Shown piece by piece: positions 63,675 to 64,000 of a stretch of 64,000 bases of DNA. The stretch is from a virus. The notes under the pieces were generated by a model. The model saw nothing but the letters and a program-made list of their open reading frames with translations. It had not been told where the DNA came from and did no database searches. The stretch covers positions 1 through 64,000 of the IMG/VR virus record IMGVR_UViG_3300035565_000044. The stretch is one strand, 5' to 3'. A program made the translations under genes and the position numbers. Position 1 is the stretch's first letter; each line of letters begins with the position of its first letter.

Positions 63675-64000
63675 TGGCTTTTCTTCCTAGCAACTTTACA
63701 CATGCGCGCGCTATTGTTTTCGCTGACGCTGCACTCAATAAGAAAACTCATATACTTAGCTTTCCTATGGATAATTAACTCTAAATGGTCGCAGTGAAGG
63801 CCAGATTTTTTAGTGCAACCGTTATTACCGGCGCCTGCTTTCCAGAATAGGGTTAATTCATCGCCAGTCTTAAGCAGTGATACCACGGTTGACCATACGC
63901 TATCACAGCGTGATGCATGGTTCATTTCGAATGCATTCTCTATTTCATAGTCATAATTATACATTCCGTCATAATTATAACCATAAATAACAGTACTGGT
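63671..64000 (-). CDS. Hypothetical protein, probably starting beyond the window edge
   Basis: Frame appears open to the window end. Confidence 0.5.
   Translation of the reverse strand, partial: TSTVIYGYNYDGMYNYDYEIENAFEMNHASRCDSVWSTVVSLLKTGDELTLFWKAGAGNNGCTKKSGLHCDHLELIIHRKAKYMSFLIECSVSENNSARMCKVARKKSQ

Noticed and set aside
1-64000. Integrase, terminase, portal, major capsid, DNA polymerase, rtcB, cas1/cas2, reverse transcriptase
   Set aside because: None was recognised in this window. Head and packaging genes probably lie outside it, and lifestyle cannot be determined from this segment.

Overview
A 64 kb segment of a dsDNA bacteriophage with a P22-like (podovirus-type) tail. The host is very likely an alphaproteobacterium, judged from a GcrA homologue, an Omp25/RopB-type outer-membrane protein, GTA-like modules and CtrA boxes. 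1-28.6 kb (+) holds virion, tail, ejection and lysis genes. 28.6-53.7 kb holds ParB-like, ERF, MazG, dCMP deaminase, vWA, three tRNAs, AAA+ ATPase, DnaB, replication initiator, primase, a Ro60/TROVE gene with three Y-RNA-like genes, and a stand-alone RAMP/Cas7-like gene. 53.7-64 kb (-) holds small early-type genes. Main result: nine intergenic arrays of 11-17 pentamers, each a conserved CGY-type triplet plus a variable dinucleotide (CGY-NN), are all oriented with local transcription and co-occur with the RAMP/Cas7-like gene. This is a candidate CRISPR-independent RNA-guided system using a non-contiguous dinucleotide code. Also notable: three Y RNAs carrying different tRNA-mimic payloads (one a full cloverleaf with a UCA anticodon), 13 chromosomal-type parS palindromes, atypical tRNAs, and long-range inverted repeats bracketing early genes. 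All family calls come from motif recognition by eye; no database search was run.
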